A DNA stretch of 63,836 bases, filler included, from Choristocarpus tenellus KU-1152 (GCA_964200185.2; 8 parts of 8 records of this genome joined end to end with filler, not necessarily neighbours in it), one strand, 5' to 3'; shown: positions 1-13,500, counted from the first letter of the whole stretch. A program made the numbers and translations. The notes: a model not told the origin generated them from the sequence alone.

Positions 1-429
1 GTGTGGGGGGGGGGGGGGGGGGGGGGGGGGTGGGGGGGGGGGGTTGGGGGGTGCTCGGATGTATGGAATGGGGTGGGTGGGGTGTGAGGTTTGCCTCGGA
101 ATATTGTGCAGTGAAAAGAGGTGGATTTGGGCTGCGGTGGCAGTATTCAGACGGGTTATGAACCCACCACGTGGGTGTCTTTGGCTGGTAAGGGTGGTGT
201 AGGTGCGATTGAAAAGCTTGGGAAGGGGTAGGTGTGTTCCACAGTAGGGGCCTGTGAGAGGGTGGTTGGCATCTTGGCAGAGACTAACCATGCAGTGAGG
301 TGGAGTGAGGACCCACAAATGAGGGTGCCTTGGTGGTCTGGGAGGAGAGGCTCTAGGCAGCTAGGACAGGGAAGAAGAGAAGGTGAAGGGGTTGGGGGGT
401 AGGGGTGTGGGATGGAGAGTAGGTGGAAT

Positions 430-2912
430 AGTTGGATGGCAAAAGGGGTGGAGGGCAATTGTGAGCGGATAGATTCTAGCATGGCTTCGGTTCCCAAGGG
501 AGCTAGCCTACACCTCTCTGGACTCTCTACCCCTAGTATTTTGGACACTTCACACAAACTCCAGACTGTCCACAATTGGGGAGAAGTGTCACCCAGTTGC
601 CTGTGGGTCTTTCTTCAGAAGGTCATGTGCTTCAGCTTTCTGCACAGACTGGCACCCCTAACTCGAGGAATTCTTCAGTGGAGTAGGACAATTTGGTGTC
701 GGGGTCCCAAATGGAGTAGAGCATGCGCTCCTAGATATTCGCCTAAGGATTGAGTGTGGAGAATGGGTCATCCGTTTAGACGAAAGGAATGCTTTCAACA
801 GCGTACGTCGCTCAGCTTTCATCCAGGCCCTCCCAGAGACTCTACCAGGACTCCTGCCTTATGTCTCCAAGGTATATGGGGACACCCGCAATCTTCTTTT
901 CCCCCTGGACGAGGGAAGTGGGAAGATCCTGCCATCAAGATCTGGGGCACAACAGCGAGACCCAATTGGCCCCCTCTTATATTGCATGGCAACACTCAAG
1001 GCCCTTCAACAGATCCAATCTATTTTTGGTCCCCAAGGAATTTCCTCCCAAACTACCTGGACGACGCATCCATATCAGAAAGGGAGATCGGTCCTAACAC
1101 CATAGCTGCTTTTGAGCAGTTAAACACTGACCTCCATGAGGTAGGCATTGACCTGAATATGGACAAGACCTTCTGCCGCATCTCCCCAGAGCCACCAACC
1201 CACGCCCTCAGAACTGGAGCTCCTCTCTAAAGCAGGAATCAACCTACCCCAGATCCCCAATGGTTTTGTCACATTGGGGGCTCCGGTGGGAACAGATGGG
1301 TTTATCCAAGTCCATAAAGACTGAGGTGATCGAGAGCTCTGGGACACGAGCTTTGGTCACACACCTCAGCGAGATGGAGGACAAACAGGTGACCTGACTC
1401 CTCAACTCGTGGTCCCTCTCCTCCCGCCTAGGCTATCTTGCGAGGGCCACTCCCCCCCACCTGGCACGCTATACCATGGAGCAAGCAGACAACACCTTAG
1501 TATGGACACTAGAGAGGATAATGGAGGTGGAAGACTCAACAGAGGCGACGGATATTTTTGAGGGAGAATGCAACAATGGGTCTCTCCGCCTAGAGACCCA
1601 CCAACATGCACAGGCACAGATGCCCACAAGTGCGGTGGGTCTGGGCCTCTCCTCTACGAAACACCGCCAACATTCGGCTTTTGTAGGATCGCTGGTGTCT
1701 ACTCTCCCCACCCTCCTAGCAAGGCAGCAAGGCCCTCGTGGCGAGTCCTTCTCACAAGCTGTTTATGCGAGCCCCACAGTACAGGCTTTGAGATCGTCCA
1801 TCCACACCCTCCTCTCTAAAGGTGTCCCCTTGAAGACCTGGTGGAAATCATTTGCCAAGACTGGGTAACCTGGGGGGGAACAACACCACCTGCACCTGCC
1901 CCAGAGCTCCACATTCTGGCAGCTCATGACGCCAGGATCACAAGGAGGGCTCGGCACGAGATCACACGCCTCCTCAACAGGATCCGTTTCGACCCCTTCA
2001 GGACACAGCTAGCTGACCTTCCAAATGAAGTACAAACAGGGGAAGGAAAGCTCCTCACTAGCCCTAGCACGCCACCAGAGCTAGTGTGGACAAGGGGCAG
2101 ATGCATGGGCCTCAACAAAACCTCTGCAGCCAGCATGCCAGACCCCCCCTGCAGAGTTCAAACTCGCCGCCAGCGGATCCCTAGGGAGGGAGGAGGCCCT
2201 GTCAAACAGGTGCCTAGTGGCAGGGTGCAGGAGGCAAAATGTCGATACCAGACATGCCCGTACCTGCCCAGGGCAGGAGGCTAGGATCGACAGCACACTC
2301 AAATTGTGAAACGTCTCAGTCAACTGTGCAAGGGGATGGGCATTCCTTGCACTACGAAGGATGGAAGCCCCTTCACTGTTGAGAGGAATCTCCGCATGGA
2401 TCTAGTATTTTTCATGCAGGGGCACTGGCGGACGCTAGAACAGCCCCCTACCAGGACAAAGGCTTTCTACTCGATGTCATATTCGTAGAAGCACAGGCAA
2501 CCTCCCACCTCACACGTTCATCCACCAATAATGGTGTAGCTGCTGCTGCAGCTGAGGCGCGAAAGTACACCAACTACACGAGTGCTCTTTTGATCCTTGT
2601 AGTTATAACCTCAACACCTTTGTGGTGGAAAGTTTTGGGCGCCTCGGCAAGCAAGCGGAATGCTTCCTGGATGAGCTAGCTACTCACATGGTAGGAGGGA
2701 GAGGAACGGGAGGATATATCAGGAAAGGGGTAGTTAAATCCTGGCTACGACAGATTGTCTCAGTCACAACGCAAGTAGCCCTATCTAGCCTGGTCATGCC
2801 TTTTAAGCTGGAGTCACCAGGGAGATGGGCAAGGAGGGGGCTTGTTTGTTTTTTGGGATGCATCCCTAGCTCCTCGTCCTGGGGTGCAGGAATAGGTTTG
2901 AGACACAGGTAG
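430..2912 (+). mobile_element. Degenerate CRE-clade-like non-LTR retrotransposon (RT + zinc knuckle + restriction-like endonuclease)
   Basis: Motifs read across shifting frames: GQFGVGVPNGVE, D..NAFNS, SGAQQRDPIGP (GxQQGDPLGP), YLDD, GFVTLGAPVGT, QMPTSAVGLGL, CPRAGG..RQH knuckle, RMDLV / AEARKY / VVESFGRLG (RLE). Several stops and frameshifts; 5' boundary uncertain. Confidence 0.85.
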
Positions 2913-2944
2913 GCAGTAGTACAACATAGTGGTAAAGTAACAAA

Positions 2945-3170
2945 TATATTAGTGTCTTTCACATTTGTAATTTTATTTCTTTAGGTCTTATACTGAAATT
3001 TGTGTAGTTTTCATTGGTTTCCCCCTGACACATCAGAAAAAGGTCAGAGGGCATAATAAGAAAATATTAGTGTATTTGTGTGGAAAATATGTTTGCCTGT
3101 TGTTATACTGTTATTGACGTAAGCCATATACCATTATACCGTTACACTGATTGAGGTTCCTTCACTTGGT
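2945..3170. repeat. Dispersed repeat, probably the 3' tail of the CRE-like element; second copy at ~60910-61190
   Basis: Shared blocks TAGTGTCTTTCACATTT, GTTTCCCCCTGACACATC..GTCAGAGGGCATAATAA and CCATATACCATTA at both loci. Confidence 0.7.
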
Positions 3171-3187
3171 AATCAACTCGTTATGGA

Positions 3188-3415
3188 GAGCCATCCTATC
3201 CTTGGAGGGGGGTCTATTAGGGTTTTTCTATCTTCGGCTTGATATCCTATTTCCCATGCTTGCTTTGCAACTAACCCCACTCGAGGGGCTGTGGCTGTAG
3301 AAGAGGAGACGAACATTTGTCCACATAAGCTCAAAATCGCCCAACAGAGTACCAGAAGCACATGTACCACAAGGGAGTTACATGGAACCCAGGGACCTCC
3401 AGGATAGGATGGCTC
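3188..3415. mobile_element. MITE family E (TIR GAGCCATCCTATCC)
   Basis: GAGCCATCCTATCCTTGGAGG ... CCTCCAGGATAGGATGGCTC inverted ends, 228 bp, flanks GGA/AGA. Confidence 0.7.
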
Positions 3416-3669
3416 AGAAAACGGGAAAGGTGTTTTATGTCCCGTAAAGAGGACACAAACAATTGGCTTGGGGAAAAAGGACCGACCATTTGGAAGTTCT
3501 TATTGATTTTATCTAATCGCCTATTTGGGTTTTACTGGGGGGAAACATGGGAAACACAAGAAGGTGACCCCGCACGAGAAGCGGAATGCAAAAAATATTG
3601 AAAATTAAAAATGCAATAAAACGACAGGGGTATATTTTATGGGCTATTCGGCTCTCCTCACTCGCGTAC

Positions 3670-4390
3670 CTATGGGCTAAGCTCTCCCTATCCATAAAAT
3701 TCTCGCAGAGAGACTCTCCTCCCTCAACGACAGCAGCAATCATTGCCTCCCCAGCCTCCTTTTCCTTGCTTGCGGAGTCTCCCTTCTTCCATGAAGCGCA
3801 TCTCCTAGGCTTCCACTGACAGCTTCCTTCCTATCGGAACCCTGCCCCTCATCCTCTGCAGAGGGTGTCAGTACCACGGACGTGATCCACCTTTGCGTCG
3901 TCTGCTCCACCAGGTTAATTGCCCGAGTGACAACAGAGTAGTGCCTTCCCGTTACACAATATTTCTTGAGTTTTACGAGGTCTTGGTATAGGAGCATGAG
4001 GACGTCCAGGGCCTTGACGATGTGAATGTCGTCCTTCCTGTTTGTTGAGGCAACGGGCGAGGGCGGTGACGCTTGTGGGGAGACTCGAGACAAAGAGATG
4101 CAGCGGCCGTCTGGTTCGGGAAGAAAAAACCCATCATATATGGTCTCTGTACGGTAGAATCTTACCTTCTCTGCCCGTTGATAGCTAACCCGAGCTTCTT
4201 CTGGCACAAATATCGCACGCTGGAGATGGCCTTAGAAATGCTGTCTCGAGTGCTCAGGCCGTTGGTGTCACGGTCTTGTGCCTTCCTAATAGCTTTCGCG
4301 ATCAACTTCAACTTGCGGGCATCGGCACCAAGTTGCCCAACACATCTTCCGTGTGCTAACGCCATGTCTTTCTCGGTTGCTTGTACATGT
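3670..4390 (-). CDS. Partial multi-exon gene of unknown function (exons 4390-4166, 4037-3891, 3804-3670)
   Basis: Three consecutive phase-2/phase-2 exons with AG/GT boundaries give an open frame HVQATEKDMALAHGRC...GQRR|KDDIHIVKALDVLMLLYQDLVKL...TTQR|RCASWKKGD...RESLAHR. Further exons possible near 5.3-5.55 kb. Family not recognised. Confidence 0.6.
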
Positions 4391-4899
4391 CTATCTTATC
4401 GGCTTTCAAAACCATGTCGTTCCTCTCTCCATGTTAGCACTGTGAAGGAAAATTTGCTCGAAGACGAAACCGCGTTGAATTTAATGGGAGAAAACTGAAG
4501 ACAGTTTCAGCAGTCTTCTGCACTTGTAGATTTCTTTGTGACGTCACTTTGAAACAATTCTATACTATTACTATAGAATAAATCTTATTGAAATGTAATA
4601 ATAGAATTGATTGAATCTCACAAAATAGTTGTGATTTGAACATGCATATTTCGATTGATCGAAACCGAAAATCGAGGAGTTTTCATTGGTCACTTCTTAA
4701 TAACACGTGTACCTCACCCTCCTCGCAGAGTACAGTGCATTAATTATTTTCAAGTGCTGTTGTACACGGAAATTTTTCGAGCCGGTTTAGGTTCCACTAT
4801 TTAAAAAATAAATATCTATGAATATCTTAACCTAGACGCGTTTACCCTTACGTGATATATAATACTCTGCAGTATATATATATATTCTAGTACTCCATA

Positions 4900-5160
4900 T
4901 GGCAAATGGTTATTATGTTGAACGTAATCTCCTGTGGGCTGTGCTTTTCAAATTTGGAAGTGCCTCAAAAGAGTTTTTCAATCATCCACAGATTTCATGA
5001 TAGAATGCAGGATGAAATGCGGGCATGCACTCGTTCACACAGATTATGGAGAATGCACGGACTGGTTTAAGGTTGGACAGGACCTTCGACAAGGGTGTGT
5101 ATGCTCTTACTCCATCCTCTTCAACATTTTCTTCACTGCAGTAATATCTTCTGGAATACA
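4900..5160 (+). mobile_element. RTE-type LINE reverse-transcriptase fragment
   Basis: TDYGECTDWFKVGQDLRQGCVCSYSILFNIFF resembles the RTE RT motif GLRQGCVLxPxLFN; disrupted. Confidence 0.75.
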
Positions 5161-5955
5161 CTAAAAAAAACAGTGTCTAGCTTTTGTCGTGGTGCTGGTA
5201 CAATAATAACATCATAGGATGTGATTCAGTCAAGATAAGGTGTTGGTGCAAATGCAGAAGTCGTTTCACGTACTGTTGCCATGCAAGACAGCGTGTAAAG
5301 TCAAACGCCTGTAGCGAGGTAAGACATTACTCAGCATATTTTATGACGACTGTCGAAACGCTGAGACTGTCCCCAGTTCAGGTAGTAATATATGTGCATA
5401 TCATATCCATGAATACTGGGAGGTAGGAAAGGTGAGGCCCTCTCAACCACGCAAGAAAATATAGTCGAAGATTTTTCTCTTCAAATTCGAGTTCTTCTGA
5501 CGAAGTTGCTGGAATATTTTGATGGTGAGGTTCAAGATTTCCCATCTGAAACAGAGACCTGTAGTGACATCATTCGCTCAGCGGTAATGCAGTACATTTT
5601 CCTGAATGGCATAATGCTCCCTCCAAAGAGATACGTCTTATCTAGCAAATGTAATAAACTGTACGATAGCGAGTGTTAAATAATACGGACCATATACCAA
5701 CCGTCATGGGGTCAACATCATTGTATAGGGAATGCCCCAGCAGATAGTAAGAGGAAGGCTAGGTGGGGGGGTGCGATGTCATGATGCAAATATTGCACTG
5801 GAGGAGGTCTTCAAGTTTTTTGTCTATGGGGTGGGCGGTATGGCAATAATAGAGCATAAAGAAGATTACAACACATTATGTTCATAATACCTACAATGGT
5901 ACTGCTGTCGTGCCACGAAGTGTAGCGAATGATTGAGATGGGAGGGAGTAAACGC

Positions 5956-6214
5956 GAGTGAAAGTATCTCAGAGGGTACGAGTTTTTCCCTGTTTGTCCA
6001 CTTGGGATTTGGCCTCCCAAGGGATTTTAATGACACGTTACCTACTCCAAATGTTTCGGAGTATGTAAAATGTAAACGTGATGAAAAGGTGTATCTGGAA
6101 TTAAGGATATTGACATCTCCTAACATACATGATAGTCAAAATTACATCAAAATTGTAACATTGGATTTTGGCCTCCAAACGGATGCGTCTTAACCCTCTA
6201 AGATACATTGACTC
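5956..6214 (-). mobile_element. MITE family A, full copy (259 bp)
   Basis: TIRs GAGTGAAAGTATCTCAGAGGGTA / ACCCTCTAAGATACATTGACTC; flanks CGC/TGC. Confidence 0.9.
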
Positions 6215-7534
6215 TGCACAACTTATAAAAAGGAGTAAGAGTAAGTGGGGCGAAATACCTTACACTATGCGGTAGTATAATATTGGTTCAAAAATTTTAC
6301 TGTGCATGTAATATAGACTCAAGTAATCTCTAGAGAGTGTGGAGAAATGCTCTACTTGTACTTCTTATGTGCATGTTCATCCAATGTTTGAGTGCATTCC
6401 ATTCTGCATTCCATCTCAGAAACCCTCTTGTCCCCAAGAATAGGATTCTTATCCTTTAACGCCCTATCCCAATGTTGCCAACACCCCCCATTCCTGCACT
6501 TGCCCTCTCTCTCACACACACACGCACACACTCCTGCCAGGAAGTCTGGTGTCCGTGATAGGGTCGCCCGATGAGTAATACCTCAATAAAATGGCGTCGT
6601 ATGGAACAAGAGTTGCCTAGCATCTGACCAACTAACTGGAAGCAGTAATACACAGAGTCAGTTGGTGCTGCAAGTAAAAGTACTTTGACATTTTGTTTGC
6701 CTTGGAGTGCAAATTGTGGCGTGGTTTATGCTTCCTCCAATATGAAGCAACTGAGGAGCAATAATAGGCTAGTCACAGAACTATGCTATTGAATAGCTAC
6801 TGCTCTCACTGAGCATTTCATGAAAGACAAAGTGATGATTTAAACCCAACTAGGCAAGACGAGAGGATTAATAATGCAAGTCACCCGCCTGCTCCCTTCT
6901 AACCACTACTCCTTTCCAACTACTAATACCAGGGGTTCACACAAATTTTCTCATGTTTTCTTGAGAAGGTATGCAAGGCTCCTCACAAAGCCCTTACCCT
7001 CATCATCAATTGTAATCAATCCTGTGAACACCTTATCAAATTAGGCACTGACTAATCGCTTTACAACTATTCAACAGGTTACCAACCTCTATCATAGCAA
7101 CACATTAATCTGTGGCCATAACATTTTACAGCTCACTCAATGGGCTCTAGACTCTCCTACAACAGCTGTGCTACATATCAACATTGAATACTCTCATGGA
7201 CAAGACGCTGAAGCCACGGATATTTTTTTTATCTCTTCGCAATAGGTATCAATGACATCCGCATGTCATCGGGAGTGCAAAGAACATACACAGACACGTT
7301 CAGCAGTTGGGATACGCAGACTTCCAGCAAGGAAAGCTGACAATTGCCATTTATTTGGCAATTGTACTTTAAACGGTTCCTGAAAGGATATGCAGAATTG
7401 CCCCTGCCAGTGGTGTGGAGTCTAACACCATCCCTCAAACACTCTTGAAATCTTGACGAGATGTAACTGCCGTCAAGAGCCAAATAGGCAGGTCCCTCAT
7501 GAAGCTCTGAATCGACAAAAGAGTCAAAACATTT

Positions 7535-10500
7535 CTAAAAGGGTGATGGGCCCCCACAAACACCTCTCTTCTTTGTTATGATATCAATGGCCAGGCGGGC
7601 CTTGTCCGCCAATGCCTTGTGTGATGGGAAGGTATCAATAGCTGCCTGTGAGGGGATCAGCGAGTTGTAGAGATAAGATACGCATTACAATGAGGATGGG
7701 CTCGAGAGCAGTATTTGTTCCTGAAACGGTCTTCCCTACTTCAGGGGTCTACTACTTACATCACCGCCAACACATAACTAAGGGCATACTTGTCAAGGCC
7801 GGAGAATGATATATTATTAGGATCAATACTAAATCTTCTGCCTTACGAGGAAAAAATTGTCCTTGACATATATCAACTTCTGAGCATGATTGTAGCATGC
7901 TGCCCCATAAACCAGTAAGTTGGAAGAACACACAGCATTATACAGACGTGCAATTTGTTCTTGCCTACAATCTTGCTCACATTTAGTTGTATGGACCCTG
8001 AGCCAAACCAATTGAGAGATAGGCCGATTTGGACCCGTTGCAATACACTCTGTTTCATTGCTCTATCTGCATTATAGTGTAAGCAAGATTGATCTTGCCC
8101 CCTTCCACAAACAAAGAAACACCACAGTTCAGCGAAGACTCTTTCAGCAATTGCACAATGTAGCGTCTTTTTGCCCTTTTCTTGGGATCCTTCAAATTCA
8201 GTCCTGCCTACCTCTCAATTGATTTGGCTCCCTCCTACTATGTAGTAAAACTTACCTCCAGCAACAACACAATCCTGGTTTCAGATTTTTGGGGCATCAT
8301 GGTATTGCATATAATAACCAACAAACAGCTTTTACTTTATCCTCTGCGTGATTGCATACACTGTAAGATATTTTCTCTGCCTTCTGGTGAAAACAGCTAT
8401 CTCCCACTTTCAAGTCAGACACCAATTGAGACCCATAGCATCTTAGAGGTGGGGTGTTTCACCCAGGTTGTACATTCTAGGCTTGATGGGGTGTTACAAG
8501 GTACCCTAGTTTAATGTTTGTTTTGGGAGTGATTTTCTTTGAGTTTGGTTCAGTGCAGGGTGATGGAAAAGGAAGGTGCGTTCAGATGAAGGAAACTGCC
8601 CTTATATCTGACACTTTCACTACGGTGACAAGGAAATCATTACAGGTTTACACTGGTCCCAAATGTGTACCTGACCCCCCCTCTAGGATACTATGGGTCT
8701 GAATGGTGTGATCGATTAAAGCGTCTATCTCTGGGCAGTTCCGTATTGAAGCAGAGCCAACACGTGAGAACTATCGGAATAGGTCATCGTGCTCACTTGA
8801 TTACTGTTCCCTCCCTGCCTACCTATGTACCTGCCCACATCTTCTTCCCACTGCCCCTATTCATGATCTGCGCATTACCTGAATGGTCATGATCGCCCCT
8901 TCTTCTCTGGCAAAGTCTTGCACATCTTCTTGGCCCCAGGCAATGTTGGCCAGGGCCCAGCACCCAAAGTGTTGTACGGAAGTATCTCTAGGGTTGGTTA
9001 GGTTGGCAGGAGGAAATATTAGATGAGGGTTTTGAGGCTGTGTCAATGTGTTGGCTTCTGCAAGGAGGACACATATATAGGAATTCCAGTTTGTGATTGG
9101 ATCAAGTAACTAAAAACAGCATAGACATATTCATGATGTATACTCAATGCAGAAAATAACATGTAGAACTCCAGAACTCGTAGCTAGAGCCTTCGATTTA
9201 AGGTGGGTGCACGTAGAAGTGGACTATAATACCATAATTATGCAGGGCTAGTAAGAAATCGACACAGTATTTTGATACAAATTCTGCACTTCACACATTC
9301 GTGGTTTGCTTGAAACATTGGAATATTAAATCTTTATCTGTCAGTTAGTAGTATGGCACACTGATCAGATTTTTTGTTGAAAGGGATGGAAGTAATGTAT
9401 CCCATCATAGCTGATATTTTGTTCTACATGTGCAAATTGGCGCAACCTTGCCTCTCAGTTGCCTGTTCCTAATGTAACTCTCCCCTATCCATCTTTCCTC
9501 TGACCTCGAGCAGTTGATCATGGCTGCCAAGATGGCTCCCACTCCCCCTTCTACAGCAATGCTTCTGGAGGCGTTGTCATTGGCTGCAAGTGTCAACAGT
9601 GCCCAGCATGCCTGTCGCTGGAGCTTTCCATCTCCAGGAAATTCCTGTATGAGGAGGGATTGGAGGAAGGAGGTGAATTTAGGTCTAGGATGCTGCCTCA
9701 CCATGTGAGGACCTTTTTAGGATATATACCTTGGTACAATGGATTCCTTAGAGCCCTGGTTGGGAGGGGTTGTTACAGGATTTAAGGTATGCACACAATA
9801 CAGTGCATTGTAGAACCGACAAACAATTTTCAAGATTGTTTTTGTAGAGTCTTTGGAGTCTCTCAACTGTTCTGCCCACACTCTTCATTTGAATGGAGTA
9901 GCGAACTAAGCGTGGAAGTATTGAACATGTTCGTAAGCCCCAGGTTTAAAGTTAAATTCACAAGTCGTATTCCTTTCATCAGGGTTGCGTGGGTTGGTCA
10001 CAATCAACAAATAATGGACAATTTATGATTGGGCCATTGTCGCTCCGAACGGATTTCACCAAGCAGGTTGTTTTGAACCTTATGGAATAAATAAAGGGTT
10101 CCCAGTTAATTGTGGGATCCAACACAGTGTCACCTAAAGGACCGTGATTATTTGCTTATATATTTGAGAATTCATACCTGAAAGTAAATACTCAAATTCA
10201 GTGGTCCACTACTATTATTATTGATCTCTACTCTTGTTTGTATCTTGGGGAGGGCGTGTCAGCGTCCGTTTTTCACTTTTTTGGTGTGATTTGGTCGCAA
10301 GTGTCGGATTTGAAATGTCAGCAAAAAAAAGAGTTGTTTGACCGAAACGGATGCCCCCTCACAACCCCCCCCCCCAGATACTTTGACCCTCTTCTTCTTA
10401 TTGTTATTTAATTTAATTTACTATTTTTCTTGCTTGTCGTTTTTTTCACTTTATGCTAACATCACAACCCGTGATCAAAGGAACTACACAGTACACCCTA

Positions 10501-13500
10501 CTGTGACTGACTGTTGCACGATGACTAATTGCACTGCCTTTGTCCATTGCTTGCTTCTTGCGTGTTGGATCCAGTCATCCCACCATCGCTCGTTGGTCTA
10601 CCTCCTCCCTCAAATCTTGTGCTACACCCACCTCTGCTCGGCAGGGAAGCCTTGCATCTATTTTTGGTCCAGCCTATTAGTGGGAATAGTGACAGATAGA
10701 TAGTGCTTCCCAGTGGCCTTCAGAAAATATAAACCAGAACTCGGTAAAAGAAAGTCAGGCATTGATGGGGTTCAAACCATCAAAATTAATGTGCCGAACA
10801 GGTCCTCAAGACCTAAGCCACAAAGACTCTAGATTATTAGATCTTACTAATATGTCCAAATATATCCCCACTACCACACCATTCGTTCACGTTTTCTGCG
10901 ATACTTTTACGGTTTTGCAACACACAGGAGGGTACATTGTACAGAATGTGCACCAAACTAATCGAGAGGGTAGGCAGGGTTGTATTTTAAGGACCTACAG
11001 AAAGGGAAAAAAGACGCAATATTGTACAATAGCAGCAAGAGTCTGTGTTTCATTGTGATGAAACTTTGTGCATGGAAAGATGGAATATCAATCTTGCGTA
11101 CACTAATGTTGAACACGATGTAATGAAATAAAGTGTATTGCACAGGGTAAGAAAGGTGGCTTAGAGTGCAGGAGGTTCAAAACCTACCCACCTCATAAAA
11201 TTTTGCCTACCTCTCCATTGGTGTGGCTCTGTTGGTGTTGGTGTACCTTTGGTTTTATTGAAATCAGATACAAAGGTGTTCAACCTACTAACTTGACGTA
11301 CTAGATAGGGAGGAAAGTAGAGAACAGTAAAACCTATAATTTTCCACACCCCACACATATTAGAAGTACTATTCTTAATATGTTCAAAAAAGCTCCCACT
11401 GAGAGTCGAACTCAGGACCTGCAGCTTACTAAGCTGACGCTCTACCACTGAGCTATAGGAGCCAATAACTAGATTTATTAAGTCCGAAAATTACATATAT
11501 TTATCTATTACAACCTACTGTATTTTTATTAGGTCCTGAGTATAGTCTCCTTTTTGGTGCTACTCAAACACAGCTGTCACTCCACAAGAATCCCACAACC
11601 ATACTTATGACTGATTCGCTCAACCTATCAACCTTTCAAGTATATGCATGTAGCTTTGTGAACCACCAATAATATATCCAGAAATTGTGGAATGACACTA
11701 AGTAAGAAATTGGAGGTTGGTAGAGCTGGATATTACGGCATACATTTATCATGAACGGTACAATAAATTTCATGAATACAATCCACAGTTTTATTCTTTG
11801 TCGTGCCATACTGCAGACTAAACTGAAGTCCTATTTAAAGCCCTGCAACCTATTCCCCGTGTATGCCTGCCCCCAAGAGATCGTTTTTGGATACTTCCTT
11901 GCAGAGTCCTGCTCCTATTAACATCATCTAGAACAATTAGAGGCAAGCTATAAATCTGCATGTAAAATACATCACCTTCCACAAAGGTCGCCTACCTCCT
12001 CTCCCACGTTCCCCACAAAAGAGGTACACTTTCCTGAGCATAGTGGGTATGATAAATACTGTTCCAATCTCTGTTGTATTGAAGAAGAGTGCTACACATC
12101 AGGCCATTCGGATATGGTTACCTACAAAATTATGGGATTGAGAAGGTCAGATTTGAAGGACACATACTTATCATTAATAGCACTTTCTTTTTTCCAACCG
12201 TTTCACTACCATGCCTCGAATTAAACCCATGAGTTCACATTCAACTCGATAATTTTTGAGGTTATTCCCGGCATTGGGTCAGAGAGGGACTTGCTCAAAG
12301 GTTCCCTCAAGAAATATAACCAACAGCAATGCCGCTGTTTGTGAGATGTGGAAAGGGCCCAATGAGTAATGAAAGGACTGTGTAGTACCCACTGGGTCCT
12401 AGATGACAAACCTGCATTGCATCGAGAATGGCAATAACTCCCCCCCCCTCCATCACTAGGTATCTGTTCCGGTCACAGTTGTGGGAGGCGTTTGTTATCG
12501 CAGTGCACGCCTGCCCCTGCACCTCAACGTCTTTGGGGAAGGTGCGCATGGCACTAAGAATTGCGGCTACACCTCCGCTTGATCCCACCTGCAGACCGCA
12601 GAGTAGCATACACCAAACGATTTTTCAGAGAACAGCAGGTACATGCTACACCTTGATGTCACTACATTCAGGCTCAAAGTATCTGGGGAGGGGGAGGGGA
12701 GGGCTACATGAGGGTATCCATTCGGACCCTGACCAGGGGAAGTGCACTTACATTATCCATCCGATGCATACAATCAAATCACCCAAAAACAGTGACATGG
12801 AAAAATGGGCCCTGAATGGACAGCCGCCACCCCCCACATACTTTGACCCTCACTTGAGATGGAGCTTTGGTTGGCTCAGTCTTGGTATGTGCTTTGTGGA
12901 AACTCTTATGATTGGAAAATATGTTTGAAGCATCTTGTAATGTGAGGCAACCCCTCCCCCCCCCATTTTTTTTGCAATATTTGAACTCTCCAAACTATGT
13001 ATTTACACACCTCAATACGGTTAACATCATTGCCAAAGGAGAGGTGGGCGAGCGTCTTGGTTCCGCTGACCTGCACAACAAAGGAGAATAAAAATTAAAA
13101 TAGTGGATAAGGAGAGGTGCGATGGAGATGATGGACAGTAGGGGTGAGGGAATAAAACCTGGTTGCTGTGTAGCACCTTCACTAGTGGACCCTGTGCTTC
13201 TGCTTTGGTGAGATTGTTTTTGTTTGCTTGTGACTGAATGTTCTGCTTGAAGTGTGCAAAATAACGCCTTCAACAAGAGCCTTACGTATTTCAATGAATT
13301 AAAGTGCTGAACAAGAAGTTAGGCGTTTCTTTGGATTTTGTGACATGCGGTAGAGGGTGTGGGAACAGCAGGGCTGGAATGCAGTGTTTATGACTTGACG
13401 TGTTCTCCCTGTGGACTGCCCACAATTTCGGAAAATTCCTGATTTCCAAGTTGTGAAAAGTCTCGTTTTTGCGAGGAGCGGTATGAAGATGTGATGTTTA

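Noticed and set aside
5811-6193. Recurrent small ORFs with NSYPLRYFHS / ILEGTSFSLFVHL peptides at several loci
   Set aside because: Translations of the non-coding MITE A terminus.
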